This document shows, piece after piece, positions 19,534 through 29,591 of a stretch of DNA of 64,000 nt. Made by a program: the position numbers and the translations under genes. Position 1 is the stretch's first letter. Each line of letters starts with the position of its first letter. Below the pieces are notes generated by a model. It was not told the origin of the DNA. It saw only the letters and a list, made by a program, of their open reading frames with translations, and did not search any database. This DNA is from Myxococcales bacterium (GTDB lineage: Bacteria > Myxococcota > Myxococcia > Myxococcales > UBA5297): assembly GCA_037442205.1 (NCBI GenBank), contig JBBIQS010000048.1, positions 162 to 64,161 of the forward strand, given 5' to 3'.

Positions 19534-20160
19534 ATGGCGCGCACTCACGCGATCCTGCGCTGGCTGGCGCGCTTGGCCCTGGTGGCGGCGTGCGGATGCA
19601 CCTTCGGAGCGTTCGGGATCGCCTTCTGGATCGATCGCTTTGGCCGGCGTGAGCGCCGGGGGAAGGTCGATGCCCTGGTCGTGCTGGGCGCGCGCATCGG
19701 CTCGAAGGGCGCCTCTCCAGCCCTGCGCGCTCGGGTCGAGCGGGCGGTGGCGCTCTACGGAGAAGGGCTGGCGCCGCGGATCATCTTCTCCGGCGGGCTC
19801 GGCGAATACCCGCCCGCCGAATCCACAGCGGCTCGGGCGATTGCCGAGCAGCTCGGGGTTCCGTTGGAGGCCTGCGTCGAGGAGCCGCGCAGCCGCAGCA
19901 CCGCCGAAAACGCCCGGGAAGTGGCGGCGCTGATGAGGCGGCGCGGCTGGCGGCGGGCGCTGGTGGTCTCCGACGGCTTCCACCTGCTGCGCGCCCGGCA
20001 GCTCTTCCGCGGCGAGGGGATGGAGGTGCTGTGCGCGCCCTCGCGGCTGGAGGGCCGGGACTTCGGGCTCTGGCAGCGGCTCTACTGGACCTCGCGCGAG
20101 GCGCTGGCCCTCCTGCTGCGCCCACGCCTGCTCCTCTGCCGAGCCCCCAGGAGCGACTGA
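19534..20160 (+). CDS. YdcF/ElyC-family (DUF218) protein
   Basis: N-terminal TM; VVLGA, IIFSGG, E..SRSTAENA, VSDGFHLLRA, REALA. Confidence 0.9.
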   Translation: MARTHAILRWLARLALVAACGCTFGAFGIAFWIDRFGRRERRGKVDALVVLGARIGSKGASPALRARVERAVALYGEGLAPRIIFSGGLGEYPPAESTAARAIAEQLGVPLEACVEEPRSRSTAENAREVAALMRRRGWRRALVVSDGFHLLRARQLFRGEGMEVLCAPSRLEGRDFGLWQRLYWTSREALALLLRPRLLLCRAPRSD

Positions 20161-20204
20161 CTTCTTCTGCACAGTCGCGCCGAGCAGGGTAGTCTCTCGC
20201 CCGC

Positions 20205-20801
20205 ATGCGAAAGCGACCACCCTGGGACCTCACCGGCCATTGCCTGCGCTGCTACATGCGCGCCGAGCTGTGCGTCTGCCCGATCATTCCGCGCATCGCG
20301 ACCCGCACCCAGTACCTCATCCTGCGCCACCGGCTCGAGGGCACCCGCACCTCCAACACCGGGCGGCTGGCTCACCTGGCGCTGCCCAACTCCCAGCTCA
20401 TCGACTACGGCGGCGGCGAGCCCTTCGACGGCGAGCAGCTGGCGGAGAGCGGCACCTGGCTGCTCTACATGGACGGCAGCCCCGCGCCGCAGAGCGATCC
20501 TCCCAAGCGCCTGGTGATCCTCGACGGCACCTGGCGGCAGGCGCGCCGGATGTTCACCCGCATTCCGCAGCTGTGGCGGATGCCGCGGCTGACCCTGCCG
20601 GCCCCGGTCTCCCCGGTGGCGCGGCTGCGGCAGCCGACGCACGCCGAGGGCATGTCCACGCTGGAGGCCATCGCCGGAGCGGTGGGCATGCTGGAGGGCG
20701 CGGAGAACGGCCAGAAGCTGCTTGCGCTGCACGCGGAAGCGGTCCGGCGCGGGCTGTCGTTGCGCTTCGGGCCGGGAGCGGTGGCCGGGCTCGAGGGGTG
20801 A
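20205..20801 (+). CDS. DTW-domain tRNA-uridine aminocarboxypropyltransferase (TapT/YfiP-like)
   Basis: CxxC....CxC, H..E...SNTG, ILDGTWRQA, STLEA. Confidence 0.92.
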   Translation: MRKRPPWDLTGHCLRCYMRAELCVCPIIPRIATRTQYLILRHRLEGTRTSNTGRLAHLALPNSQLIDYGGGEPFDGEQLAESGTWLLYMDGSPAPQSDPPKRLVILDGTWRQARRMFTRIPQLWRMPRLTLPAPVSPVARLRQPTHAEGMSTLEAIAGAVGMLEGAENGQKLLALHAEAVRRGLSLRFGPGAVAGLEG

Positions 20802-20858
20802 GCGGCGCGCCTCCGCTCGAGGCGAGCGGAGGGGCGAAGGCCTGAGCTGGCGGGTTCG

Positions 20859-22478
20859 CTACTGGGCCGCGGCCGGGACCTTGGTCATGGGCGCGGTCTC
20901 GTGGAAGACGAGCTTGGGGAAGTTCTGCTTGGTCCAGTTGAGCGCCCACTCGCTGCGGAAGAGCACCACCGGCCTGCCGTCGCGATCCTCGAGGCAGGTC
21001 AGGGCGTCGTTGCGCTCCAGGTCGTGCGGGTTGTAGCCCGGCCCTTCGATCCACCGAGCGCAGGTGAAGGGCATGCTGTCGAGGATGGGCTCGACTCCGT
21101 ACTCGTGCTCCAGCCGGAACTTGAGGACGTCGAACTGCAGCTGACCGACCGCGCCGACGATCGGGTCCTTCATCCCCAGGCCCGGGGTGTAGAAGACCTG
21201 CACCGCGCCTTCCTGCGCCAGTTGCTCCAGACCCTTCTCCATCTGCTTGCGGCGCATGGCGTCCTTGATCCGCAGCCGGCCGAAGTACTCCGGTGAGAAG
21301 CGCGGGATGCCCAAAAACTCGAACGGCTCGCCCTCGCACAGCGTGTCGCCGATGCGGAAGTGGCCCGGGTCGAACAGCCCGATGATGTCCCCGGCGTAGG
21401 CCTCCTCGACCTGGGTGCGCTCCTGGGCCATGAACTGCTGGGGATTGGCCAGCCGCAGCTCCTTGTCCAGACGCACCAGCCTGGCGTTCATCCCCTTGGT
21501 GAACCGTCCGGAGCAGACCCGCAGGAAGGCGATCCGGTCGCGGTGCGACGGGTCCATGTTCGCCTGGATCTTGAACACGAACCCGGAGAAGCGCGGGAAG
21601 TCGGGCTCGACCCGGCCGCTGAGGGTCGTGTAGCCGGAGGGCGCCGGCGCCAGCTCGAGGAAGTCCTCGAGGAAGGGCTGCACGCCGAAGTTGTTCATCG
21701 CGCTGCCGAAGAAGACCGGGCTCAGCTCGCCCTTGAGCACGCGCGCGTGGTCGAACGGGTCGCCGGCGATATCGAGCAGCGCCAGGTCCTCGGTCAGCTG
21801 CGCGTGGGCCGAGTCTCCGATGATCTCTCTGATCGCCGGGTCGTCGCCGCCGCGCAGCTGCATCCCCACCTCGCGGGTGCCGTGGTGGCCGCCGGCCTGG
21901 AAGAGCATCAGCTGGTTCTTGCGCCGGTCGAAGACCCCGCGGAAGGTGGAGCCGGAGCCCACCGGCCAGTTGATGGGGCTGGAGCGGATGCCCAGCACCT
22001 TCTCGATCTCGTCCAGCAGGTCGATCGGCGAGCGGCTCTCGCGGTCGAGCTTGTTGACGAAGGTGAAGATCGGGATGCCGCGCTGGCGGCAGACCTTGAA
22101 CAGCTTGATGGTCTGGGCCTCGACGCCCTTGGCGCCGTCGATGAGCATCACCGCGGCGTCGGCCGCCGACAGGGTGCGGTAGGTGTCCTCGGAGAAGTCC
22201 TGGTGGCCGGGGGTGTCGAGCAGGTTGACGGCGAAGCCGTTGTACTCGAACTGCAGCACCGAGCTGGTGACCGAGATGCCGCGCTGGCGCTCGAGCTCCA
22301 TCCAGTCGCTGGTGGCGTACTTGCTCGCCCGGCGGGCCTTCACCGAGCCGGCCAGGTGGATGGCCCCGCCGTAGAGCAGCAGCTTCTCGGTGAGGGTGGT
22401 CTTGCCGGCGTCGGGGTGCGAGATGATCGCAAACGTGCGGCGGCGCTTGATCTGCGGGAGGAGGTTGGCGTCGGCCAT
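20859..22478 (-). CDS. prfC: Peptide chain release factor 3
   Basis: RRTFAIISHPDAGKTTLTEK, DTPGHQDF, FVFKIQANMD, GAVGQLQFDV. Confidence 0.98.
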   Translation of the reverse strand: MADANLLPQIKRRRTFAIISHPDAGKTTLTEKLLLYGGAIHLAGSVKARRASKYATSDWMELERQRGISVTSSVLQFEYNGFAVNLLDTPGHQDFSEDTYRTLSAADAAVMLIDGAKGVEAQTIKLFKVCRQRGIPIFTFVNKLDRESRSPIDLLDEIEKVLGIRSSPINWPVGSGSTFRGVFDRRKNQLMLFQAGGHHGTREVGMQLRGGDDPAIREIIGDSAHAQLTEDLALLDIAGDPFDHARVLKGELSPVFFGSAMNNFGVQPFLEDFLELAPAPSGYTTLSGRVEPDFPRFSGFVFKIQANMDPSHRDRIAFLRVCSGRFTKGMNARLVRLDKELRLANPQQFMAQERTQVEEAYAGDIIGLFDPGHFRIGDTLCEGEPFEFLGIPRFSPEYFGRLRIKDAMRRKQMEKGLEQLAQEGAVQVFYTPGLGMKDPIVGAVGQLQFDVLKFRLEHEYGVEPILDSMPFTCARWIEGPGYNPHDLERNDALTCLEDRDGRPVVLFRSEWALNWTKQNFPKLVFHETAPMTKVPAAAQ

Positions 22479-22619
22479 GAATCGACTTCAATTCCCCGCT
22501 CGCCTGCAATAGTCCTGACTCTGGGCGAGGGGCGCGCACCCTAGCAGAGGCGGGCCTTGGCCGGCAACGGCTGCTCCGGACAGGCTGGCACTCGTGCGGC
22601 CGCGAGGCGAGCGCAGTGG

Positions 22620-24503
22620 CTAGCTGCCGGTGTGGTACTTGAACGGCAGGTTGACGGTCACTTCCTTGTCGGCATGGCGCGGGAAGCGCAGCGCCCTGAC
22701 CTGCCGCACGATGCACTCGCCCAGCTTGCTGCCCTGGACGCCCGGGGTGGACAGGCGAGCCTCCGCCACCTTGCCCGACTGCTCGATGGTGATCTGGATG
22801 CTCACTTCGCCCTGGCTGCTGGCCAGCGAGGAGCGGTTGGCCTCGAAGCAGCCCAGCAGCTTGCCCTGAGAGGCGCCGACCACGGTGTTGATCGCCTTGA
22901 GGGTGAGCGGTGCCGGCGAGGCCGGGCGTCCGGCGGGCTCGGCCTTCTCGCGCTCGAGGGCCACCTCCAGGCTCAACTCCTGGCCGCTGGCCACCTCGGC
23001 CGAGATGGCGGCGGGCTTGAAGCCCTTCATCGCGGCCTTGAGCGAGAGCTTTCCCGGCCCGGCCTTGGGGAGCTGGAAGCCGCCCTGGGCGTCGGAGACC
23101 AACGAGGGGCCGCCGTCGATCTGGATCTGCGCGCCGGCGATCGGCTTGCGGTCGTCGGCGGCGAGGACCCGCCCGCGCAGCGAGCCCGGGGCCGGAGCGG
23201 AGGGCGCCGGGTTTCCGGTCGGAGGGAGCTGGGCGATGGCCGGTGGCGGGGGCTGCGCCGGCGCGGGTTGCGTGTGCGACCAGAGGAGTCCACTCAGTGC
23301 GCCCACCAGGAGCAGCAGCACCGCGAACGCCCCGAGCGCCAGGGTCCGCCCCCACTTCTCGAAGAAGGAGGGCTGGCGCGTGAAGGCAGGGTGGTGCGGG
23401 CCGGTGGGAACAGCCACCGTCGGCGGGGGCTGCAGCCCTGGCGCGGGCACGGCGGCCGCCTCCCGGACGGTGGTCGGGATTGCGACGCCGCGATCGGCCA
23501 GCGCGTGTAGGCTGGGGATGGAGGTCTTCTCCTCCATCTCCCGCTCGCCGAACTGCGTTCGCAGCCAGTCGGCCAGCTGGCCGGGCCCGATCATCTGACG
23601 CGAGCCGACCAGGTAGCGCTCGAGATCGGCCTTGAGCTCCGCGGCGGACTGGTAGCGCTTGTCCAGGTCGCGCTCGAGCGCGCGGGCGAGAATCGGGTCG
23701 AGCTCGGGAGGAAGCCCGTCGCGCAGGGCGCTCGCGGCGGGGATCGGCTCGGAGAGCACCGCCCGCATCACCGCCAGCTCGTTGTCACGCTGGAAGATGC
23801 AGCGGCCGGTCAGCAGCTCGAAGAAGGTCAGCCCGAGCGAGAAGAGATCGGAGCGGCTGTCGGTGGGCTCGCCGCGGGCCTGCTCCGGCGACATGTAGAC
23901 CCACTTGCCCTTGACGGTGCCGGTGCTGGTCTTGGCCAGCTTGGACTCGGCCTTGGCGATGCCGAAGTCCACCAGCTTCACCGTGCCCTGGTAGGTGAGC
24001 AGGATGTTCGAGGGAGAGACGTCGCGGTGGACGATGTGCAGCGGCTGGCCGGCCTCGGCGAAGCGGTGGGCGTAATCCAGGCCGTCGAGGGTGGCCACCA
24101 TGATTGCCACCGCGATCTCGACCGGGATCGGCTGCTGCCGCTCGCGGGCCTTGCGCGCGATGGCGTGCAGGTCCTCGCCGGCCAGGTACTCCATGGCGAT
24201 GTAGTAGCGGCCCTCGGCGAAGCCCAGGTCGTGGATCTGGACGATGTTCGGGTGCAGGAGCTTGGCGGCCAGCACCGCCTCGTCCTGGAACATCGCCACG
24301 AACTCGGGGTCTCGGGACAAGTCCTCGAGCATCAGCTTGACCACCACGTTGCGCTCGAAGCCCTTCTCGCCCAGTTGCTTGGCCAGGAAGATCTCTGCCA
24401 TCCCGCCCGAGGCGAGCTTGCGCAGCAGGACGTACTTACCCAGCTTGCGGATTTCGGGATTTCCCCAGAGGTCTGGGGTCGCGTTCGGAGGGCTGGCAGT
24501 CAT
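22620..24503 (-). CDS. Membrane Ser/Thr kinase with periplasmic carboxypeptidase-regulatory-like and AgmX/PglI (TonB_C-like) domains
   Basis: ATGA overlap at 24503; LASGGMAEIF, HRDVSPSN, DFGIAK, YMSPE; TM helix; C-terminal LLGCFE...GECIV...LRFP...VNLPF. Confidence 0.92.
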   Translation of the reverse strand: MTASPPNATPDLWGNPEIRKLGKYVLLRKLASGGMAEIFLAKQLGEKGFERNVVVKLMLEDLSRDPEFVAMFQDEAVLAAKLLHPNIVQIHDLGFAEGRYYIAMEYLAGEDLHAIARKARERQQPIPVEIAVAIMVATLDGLDYAHRFAEAGQPLHIVHRDVSPSNILLTYQGTVKLVDFGIAKAESKLAKTSTGTVKGKWVYMSPEQARGEPTDSRSDLFSLGLTFFELLTGRCIFQRDNELAVMRAVLSEPIPAASALRDGLPPELDPILARALERDLDKRYQSAAELKADLERYLVGSRQMIGPGQLADWLRTQFGEREMEEKTSIPSLHALADRGVAIPTTVREAAAVPAPGLQPPPTVAVPTGPHHPAFTRQPSFFEKWGRTLALGAFAVLLLLVGALSGLLWSHTQPAPAQPPPPAIAQLPPTGNPAPSAPAPGSLRGRVLAADDRKPIAGAQIQIDGGPSLVSDAQGGFQLPKAGPGKLSLKAAMKGFKPAAISAEVASGQELSLEVALEREKAEPAGRPASPAPLTLKAINTVVGASQGKLLGCFEANRSSLASSQGEVSIQITIEQSGKVAEARLSTPGVQGSKLGECIVRQVRALRFPRHADKEVTVNLPFKYHTGS

Positions 24504-26425
24504 CGTGTCTTCTGGACGTGCCGGATCCAGTAGCTCTCGGCATTGTCCGACACCAGGCGGAAAACCACCAGTTCTGCGTAGGGCAGCGTCAGCTCGAAGC
24601 GCCCCTTCCCGTCGAGCCGGGCGGGCTGGCCGTTGACGAAGAGCCTGGTCCCCAGCGGCGCCACCCCGCGCACCGGCACGGTGGCTCCGGCCAGCTTCTC
24701 CTCGGGGCGCGGGCGGTCGATGGCCAGGCTGGCCACGGCGTTGTCGTAGCTGAGCGCCAGCTTGTTCATCCGGCCGCCGCCGATCTCGGCTCCGGCGGTA
24801 TTCAGCGGCGTGGAGTACCAGAGGTACTCGCCCTCGGTGAGCCTGCCGGCCTTGACCTCGCAGCGGATGCCACTCGCGGTCTGATCGACCACGGGGATCG
24901 CGAGGTCGCTCGCCCGGTAGATCCGCACCCGGTACCTCTTGGCTCCTTCGGCCGCGGGATAGGTCAGCGTCAAGGAGGGCAGGGCGCCCTGGAAGTAGAC
25001 CACTGCCCTCTGCCCGGTGTCGGCGACCTCGCTGTGGGGGTGCTTCGAATCGCGCGCGCCCCTCGAGGTGTCGGGTTCGAACAGCGCCCGCCCACTCGCC
25101 TTGGCTCGGTCTTGGGGCTCGGCAACGCGCCAGTAGAGCTCGCCGCCGCTCGGCACCGGCACCGCGAGCGCATCGCCAGTGAGCTTCCCAGCCAGCAGCA
25201 CCTGCTCGAACCTCGGGTCCGAGGCCACCTCCACCCGCGCCCCATTCGCTCCCTCCGGCAGCCCGAGGCCGATCTGGTCCAGGCCGTTGGCATGCACTCG
25301 CGAGAACCTGTCGAAAGGCAGCACGATCGGCGGTGGCGCGCGGGCGCCCGTGTCGAGGCCTCCTTGTCCGAGGTCGGCGACGCCTCCGGCCGACAGCTCC
25401 TTGGTCACCCCGCCGGATTGGAGCAAGATCCTTCCGGTGAGGACCTCGACGCGCGGTCCCTTGGGGCCCTGGCTGGTTGCGACGGACGACTCCTCGGTCG
25501 AGGCCAGGGTCACCTCGCCGCCGGGGCCGGACAGCCAGACCGAGGCTTTCCCGGAGTCGAGGGAGATCAGCGCCCTGCCGGTCTCGAGCCGCAAGCGGTA
25601 ACGGCGCTCGTCGTCCTGCCTGTCTGCGGGTCCGATCTGGCCGCTGGCCCCCGGCTCCAACTGCACCCTCAGTCCCTCGGCCTCGAGGCGCGCCAGGCCG
25701 CTGGAACCCAGCTTGTATCCGGTCCCTTCGGCGATCGGCTGGCTGCCCTTGGGCGCAGGGCCGAACTTCTTGGCAGTGGCCGGCTGGACCAGCACCTCGC
25801 CGCGCTCGGGCTTGAGCCGCACCTGGATCGCCTCGGCCTGCAGCGCCGGTTTGGCGGTGGGCGTGCGGACGATCTCGATGGCCCCCAGCGAGACCTCGAC
25901 CCTGTCGCCGGGACCTGCGGACGTCTTCTGGCCGTCCTTGCCGACGAAGGTGATCTCGCCGGTGCGGACCTCGAGGCGGGCGCCCTTGTCCTCGACCCGC
26001 ATCGTCACCTCGGCCTCGGCGGGGATGCGGCTGAAGCCGTAGGGGGTGAGCAGGGTCAGCTGCAGCTTGGAGCCGGCGCTCGCTCCCGAGCGAGAGACGA
26101 TGGCGCCCTGGGAGAGGTCCAGGAGCACCTCGCCGCCTTCCTCGGCCAACTTGAAGCGGGCGTTCTCGACCAGCTCCACCTCGCGGCCGTCGGCGAAGCG
26201 CACGCGGGCGCTGCTGGCGGCGCCGGTCTCCAGGGTGTCGCCGGCTCGCAACGGCCCGACCGTCGCCGGCTGGGCCGAGGCGGGCGGGCGCGTCAGCATC
26301 ACCGTGCCATCGATCTTCACCAGCTGGGCCAGCGGCGCCTCGTGGGCGGGAGCGACCGGTTTCTGCTCCTTGCCGCAGGCGAGGGCCACAGTGAGGCATA
26401 GGGGCAGTGCGGCGCGAAGGTTCAT
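24500..26425 (-). CDS. FecR-domain lipoprotein with C-terminal Ig/FnIII-like domains
   Basis: Lipobox ALAC; LRAGDTLETGAASSARVRFADG.EVEL.EN FecR-type motif, second similar domain; YRVRIY, YLWY, LFVNGQ. Confidence 0.8.
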   Translation of the reverse strand: MNLRAALPLCLTVALACGKEQKPVAPAHEAPLAQLVKIDGTVMLTRPPASAQPATVGPLRAGDTLETGAASSARVRFADGREVELVENARFKLAEEGGEVLLDLSQGAIVSRSGASAGSKLQLTLLTPYGFSRIPAEAEVTMRVEDKGARLEVRTGEITFVGKDGQKTSAGPGDRVEVSLGAIEIVRTPTAKPALQAEAIQVRLKPERGEVLVQPATAKKFGPAPKGSQPIAEGTGYKLGSSGLARLEAEGLRVQLEPGASGQIGPADRQDDERRYRLRLETGRALISLDSGKASVWLSGPGGEVTLASTEESSVATSQGPKGPRVEVLTGRILLQSGGVTKELSAGGVADLGQGGLDTGARAPPPIVLPFDRFSRVHANGLDQIGLGLPEGANGARVEVASDPRFEQVLLAGKLTGDALAVPVPSGGELYWRVAEPQDRAKASGRALFEPDTSRGARDSKHPHSEVADTGQRAVVYFQGALPSLTLTYPAAEGAKRYRVRIYRASDLAIPVVDQTASGIRCEVKAGRLTEGEYLWYSTPLNTAGAEIGGGRMNKLALSYDNAVASLAIDRPRPEEKLAGATVPVRGVAPLGTRLFVNGQPARLDGKGRFELTLPYAELVVFRLVSDNAESYWIRHVQKTR

Positions 26426-27981
26426 TTCCCCGGGCTCATATCCACGTTGAAGATGGCCTGGTCGCCTCCGGCGACCTCAACCGTCCTGGTCTGCTCCAAG
26501 TATCCGCTGGCTTCGATGATCACCGTATAGCGGCCGCCGGGGATGTTCAGCGAGAAGCTGCCGTCGGCGTTGGTGAGCAGGGTGCTCACGTTGGCTTCAG
26601 GCACGCGCAGGCGGGCTTTGAGCGGCATCCCCAGCGCCGAGCGCACCGTGCCCTTGAGCAGCGCCAGCTGGATCGCCCCGGTCGGCCGCAGGAGCAGATC
26701 GACGGTGGCCTCGGCCTCGGAGGGAATGGCCACCATCTCCTCGAGAGGCTCGAAGCCGGGGGCCCGGACCGACAAGGCCACCGGGCCCGGACCCAGCGCG
26801 GCGATGAGGAAGCTGCCGTCCTCACTCGAGGTCGCTGCGGGCACACCACCGACCAGCAGCGCGATCCCGGCCGCCGGCCTCCTCGGTTCGCCCTTGCCGA
26901 CGGCCACGCTCAGCTTTCCCCGCAGCCGGCCAGGAGCGGGCCCCTGGCGCTTCAAGCCCACCTCCACCGAAGCCTCGCTCTGCGACGAGACTTCGGCGCT
27001 CACAGCCGCAGCCTGAAATCCCCGGTGCTCGATCTGGATCGTCACCATGCCCGGGGCGAGGTCGGCGACCGAGAAGGCGCCGCGCTCGTCGCTGACCACC
27101 GGCTTGGCGTCGCCGACGCGAACCCTGGCGCCGGCCAGCGGGGTGTGGCTCCCGGCGGCGAACACCCGCCCTCTCAGGCTCCCCGGGCGCGCGGGCCGCC
27201 CGCTCGAGGACTGCCGCTCTCCTGTGAGGATGCCGCGAAGACCGAGGCTGACGTGGTGGCTGGTCTGCTGGAACGAACGGCTGTCCGGGCCGGCGCCCTC
27301 GGCGCGCTCGAACTCGTAGCCCAGCACCGCCGCCAGGAAGAACGAGCCGACCGTGACCCCTCCGAAGGCGAGGTGGGCCCCGGCCTCCAGCTGGTGAAAG
27401 CTGTCGAGCGGAATTCCCCAGGTGCCCCAGGACCAGGGCTGGAAACGGCCGTAGGCGTCGACCTCCAGAGCGCGCGAGGGAAGGGCATAGCCGACGGCCG
27501 CGAGGACGAACGGGCCGTTGGCGCGCAGGGTAGTCAGCTGCAGCCCGTCGGCCGAGAAGTTGATGCCCGGGAGCTGGTCGTAGAGATATCCGGCGCCGGC
27601 GCGCAGCCAGAGGCCGTCCGAGAGCTCCAGCCTTCCGGCGATGGCGTTGGCGATTCGCAGCTCGTTGCCGGTGCCCTCCACCGGCGCCTGGGCGCCGGCG
27701 CCGCTGACCTGGTAGCGCGCGTAGCGCAGGTCGGCGCCCAGCTCGAGGTGGGCCATCGGGAAGTACCAGCCCGCCAGTCGGAGCTGATCCGGCAGGTCGC
27801 TGTCGCTGCCGACGTTCCTTCCCGCCTGGCTCTGCAGCAGCGAGCGGGACGAGACGGCGTAGCCCAGGTCGATGCGTCCGCGCGAGGGGCTCGAGGCCTC
27901 CAGAGAGCCGGCGGTCTGCGCCCGGGCGCTGGCGGCCAACAGCGCCATCGCCAACCCCACGCAGGCCCGCAGCACCGCCAT
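26422..27981 (-). CDS. Secreted/OM protein: N-terminal beta-barrel-like region plus three carboxypeptidase-regulatory-like domains
   Basis: Signal peptide ASARA; alternating strands; three G.L.G.V...T/SD..G.F...PG...GF/Y repeats. Confidence 0.75.
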   Translation of the reverse strand: MAVLRACVGLAMALLAASARAQTAGSLEASSPSRGRIDLGYAVSSRSLLQSQAGRNVGSDSDLPDQLRLAGWYFPMAHLELGADLRYARYQVSGAGAQAPVEGTGNELRIANAIAGRLELSDGLWLRAGAGYLYDQLPGINFSADGLQLTTLRANGPFVLAAVGYALPSRALEVDAYGRFQPWSWGTWGIPLDSFHQLEAGAHLAFGGVTVGSFFLAAVLGYEFERAEGAGPDSRSFQQTSHHVSLGLRGILTGERQSSSGRPARPGSLRGRVFAAGSHTPLAGARVRVGDAKPVVSDERGAFSVADLAPGMVTIQIEHRGFQAAAVSAEVSSQSEASVEVGLKRQGPAPGRLRGKLSVAVGKGEPRRPAAGIALLVGGVPAATSSEDGSFLIAALGPGPVALSVRAPGFEPLEEMVAIPSEAEATVDLLLRPTGAIQLALLKGTVRSALGMPLKARLRVPEANVSTLLTNADGSFSLNIPGGRYTVIIEASGYLEQTRTVEVAGGDQAIFNVDMSPGK

Positions 27982-28048
27982 CGCACGCCTCCCGGTCGGC
28001 CCGGCATTTCCTGCCTGAAATCAACGCCTTCCGGCCGATGCTCTTCCG

Positions 28049-28057
28049 ACTATAGCA
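28049..28057 (-). promoter_or_regulatory. Extended -10 promoter of the barrel/FecR/kinase operon
   Basis: TGcTATAGT on the minus strand, about 70 nt upstream of ATG 27981. Confidence 0.5.
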
Positions 28058-28127
28058 GCCGCCCCGGGAAACGCCGGTTTTTGGCCCCGCTGGCCGGGGC
28101 CGAGGCGCTCCGTCGAACGAGACATTC

Positions 28128-28156
28128 TTGACAGCGTCCGAGGCTGGACCTAGCGT
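28128..28156 (+). promoter_or_regulatory. sigma70 promoter of thiC
   Basis: TTGACA-N17-TAGCGT, then GGAGG RBS and ATG 28190. Confidence 0.65.
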
Positions 28157-28186
28157 GCCGCGCTTTCGCGGGGGACTGGAGGATAG

Positions 28187-29557
<1,371 letters not shown>

Positions 29558-29591
29558 GCCGTCGGCGGAGCGGGCTGCCTCAAGCCGGCGG

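Noticed and set aside
22620-26399. Apparent 1259-aa kinase ORF, and similar N-terminal extensions at 17928, 41467, 46384, 54256, 58332, 60690 and 61091
   Set aside because: The extensions run out of frame through the neighbouring real gene; true starts lie at ATGA/GTGA/TGATG overlaps or RBS-supported codons
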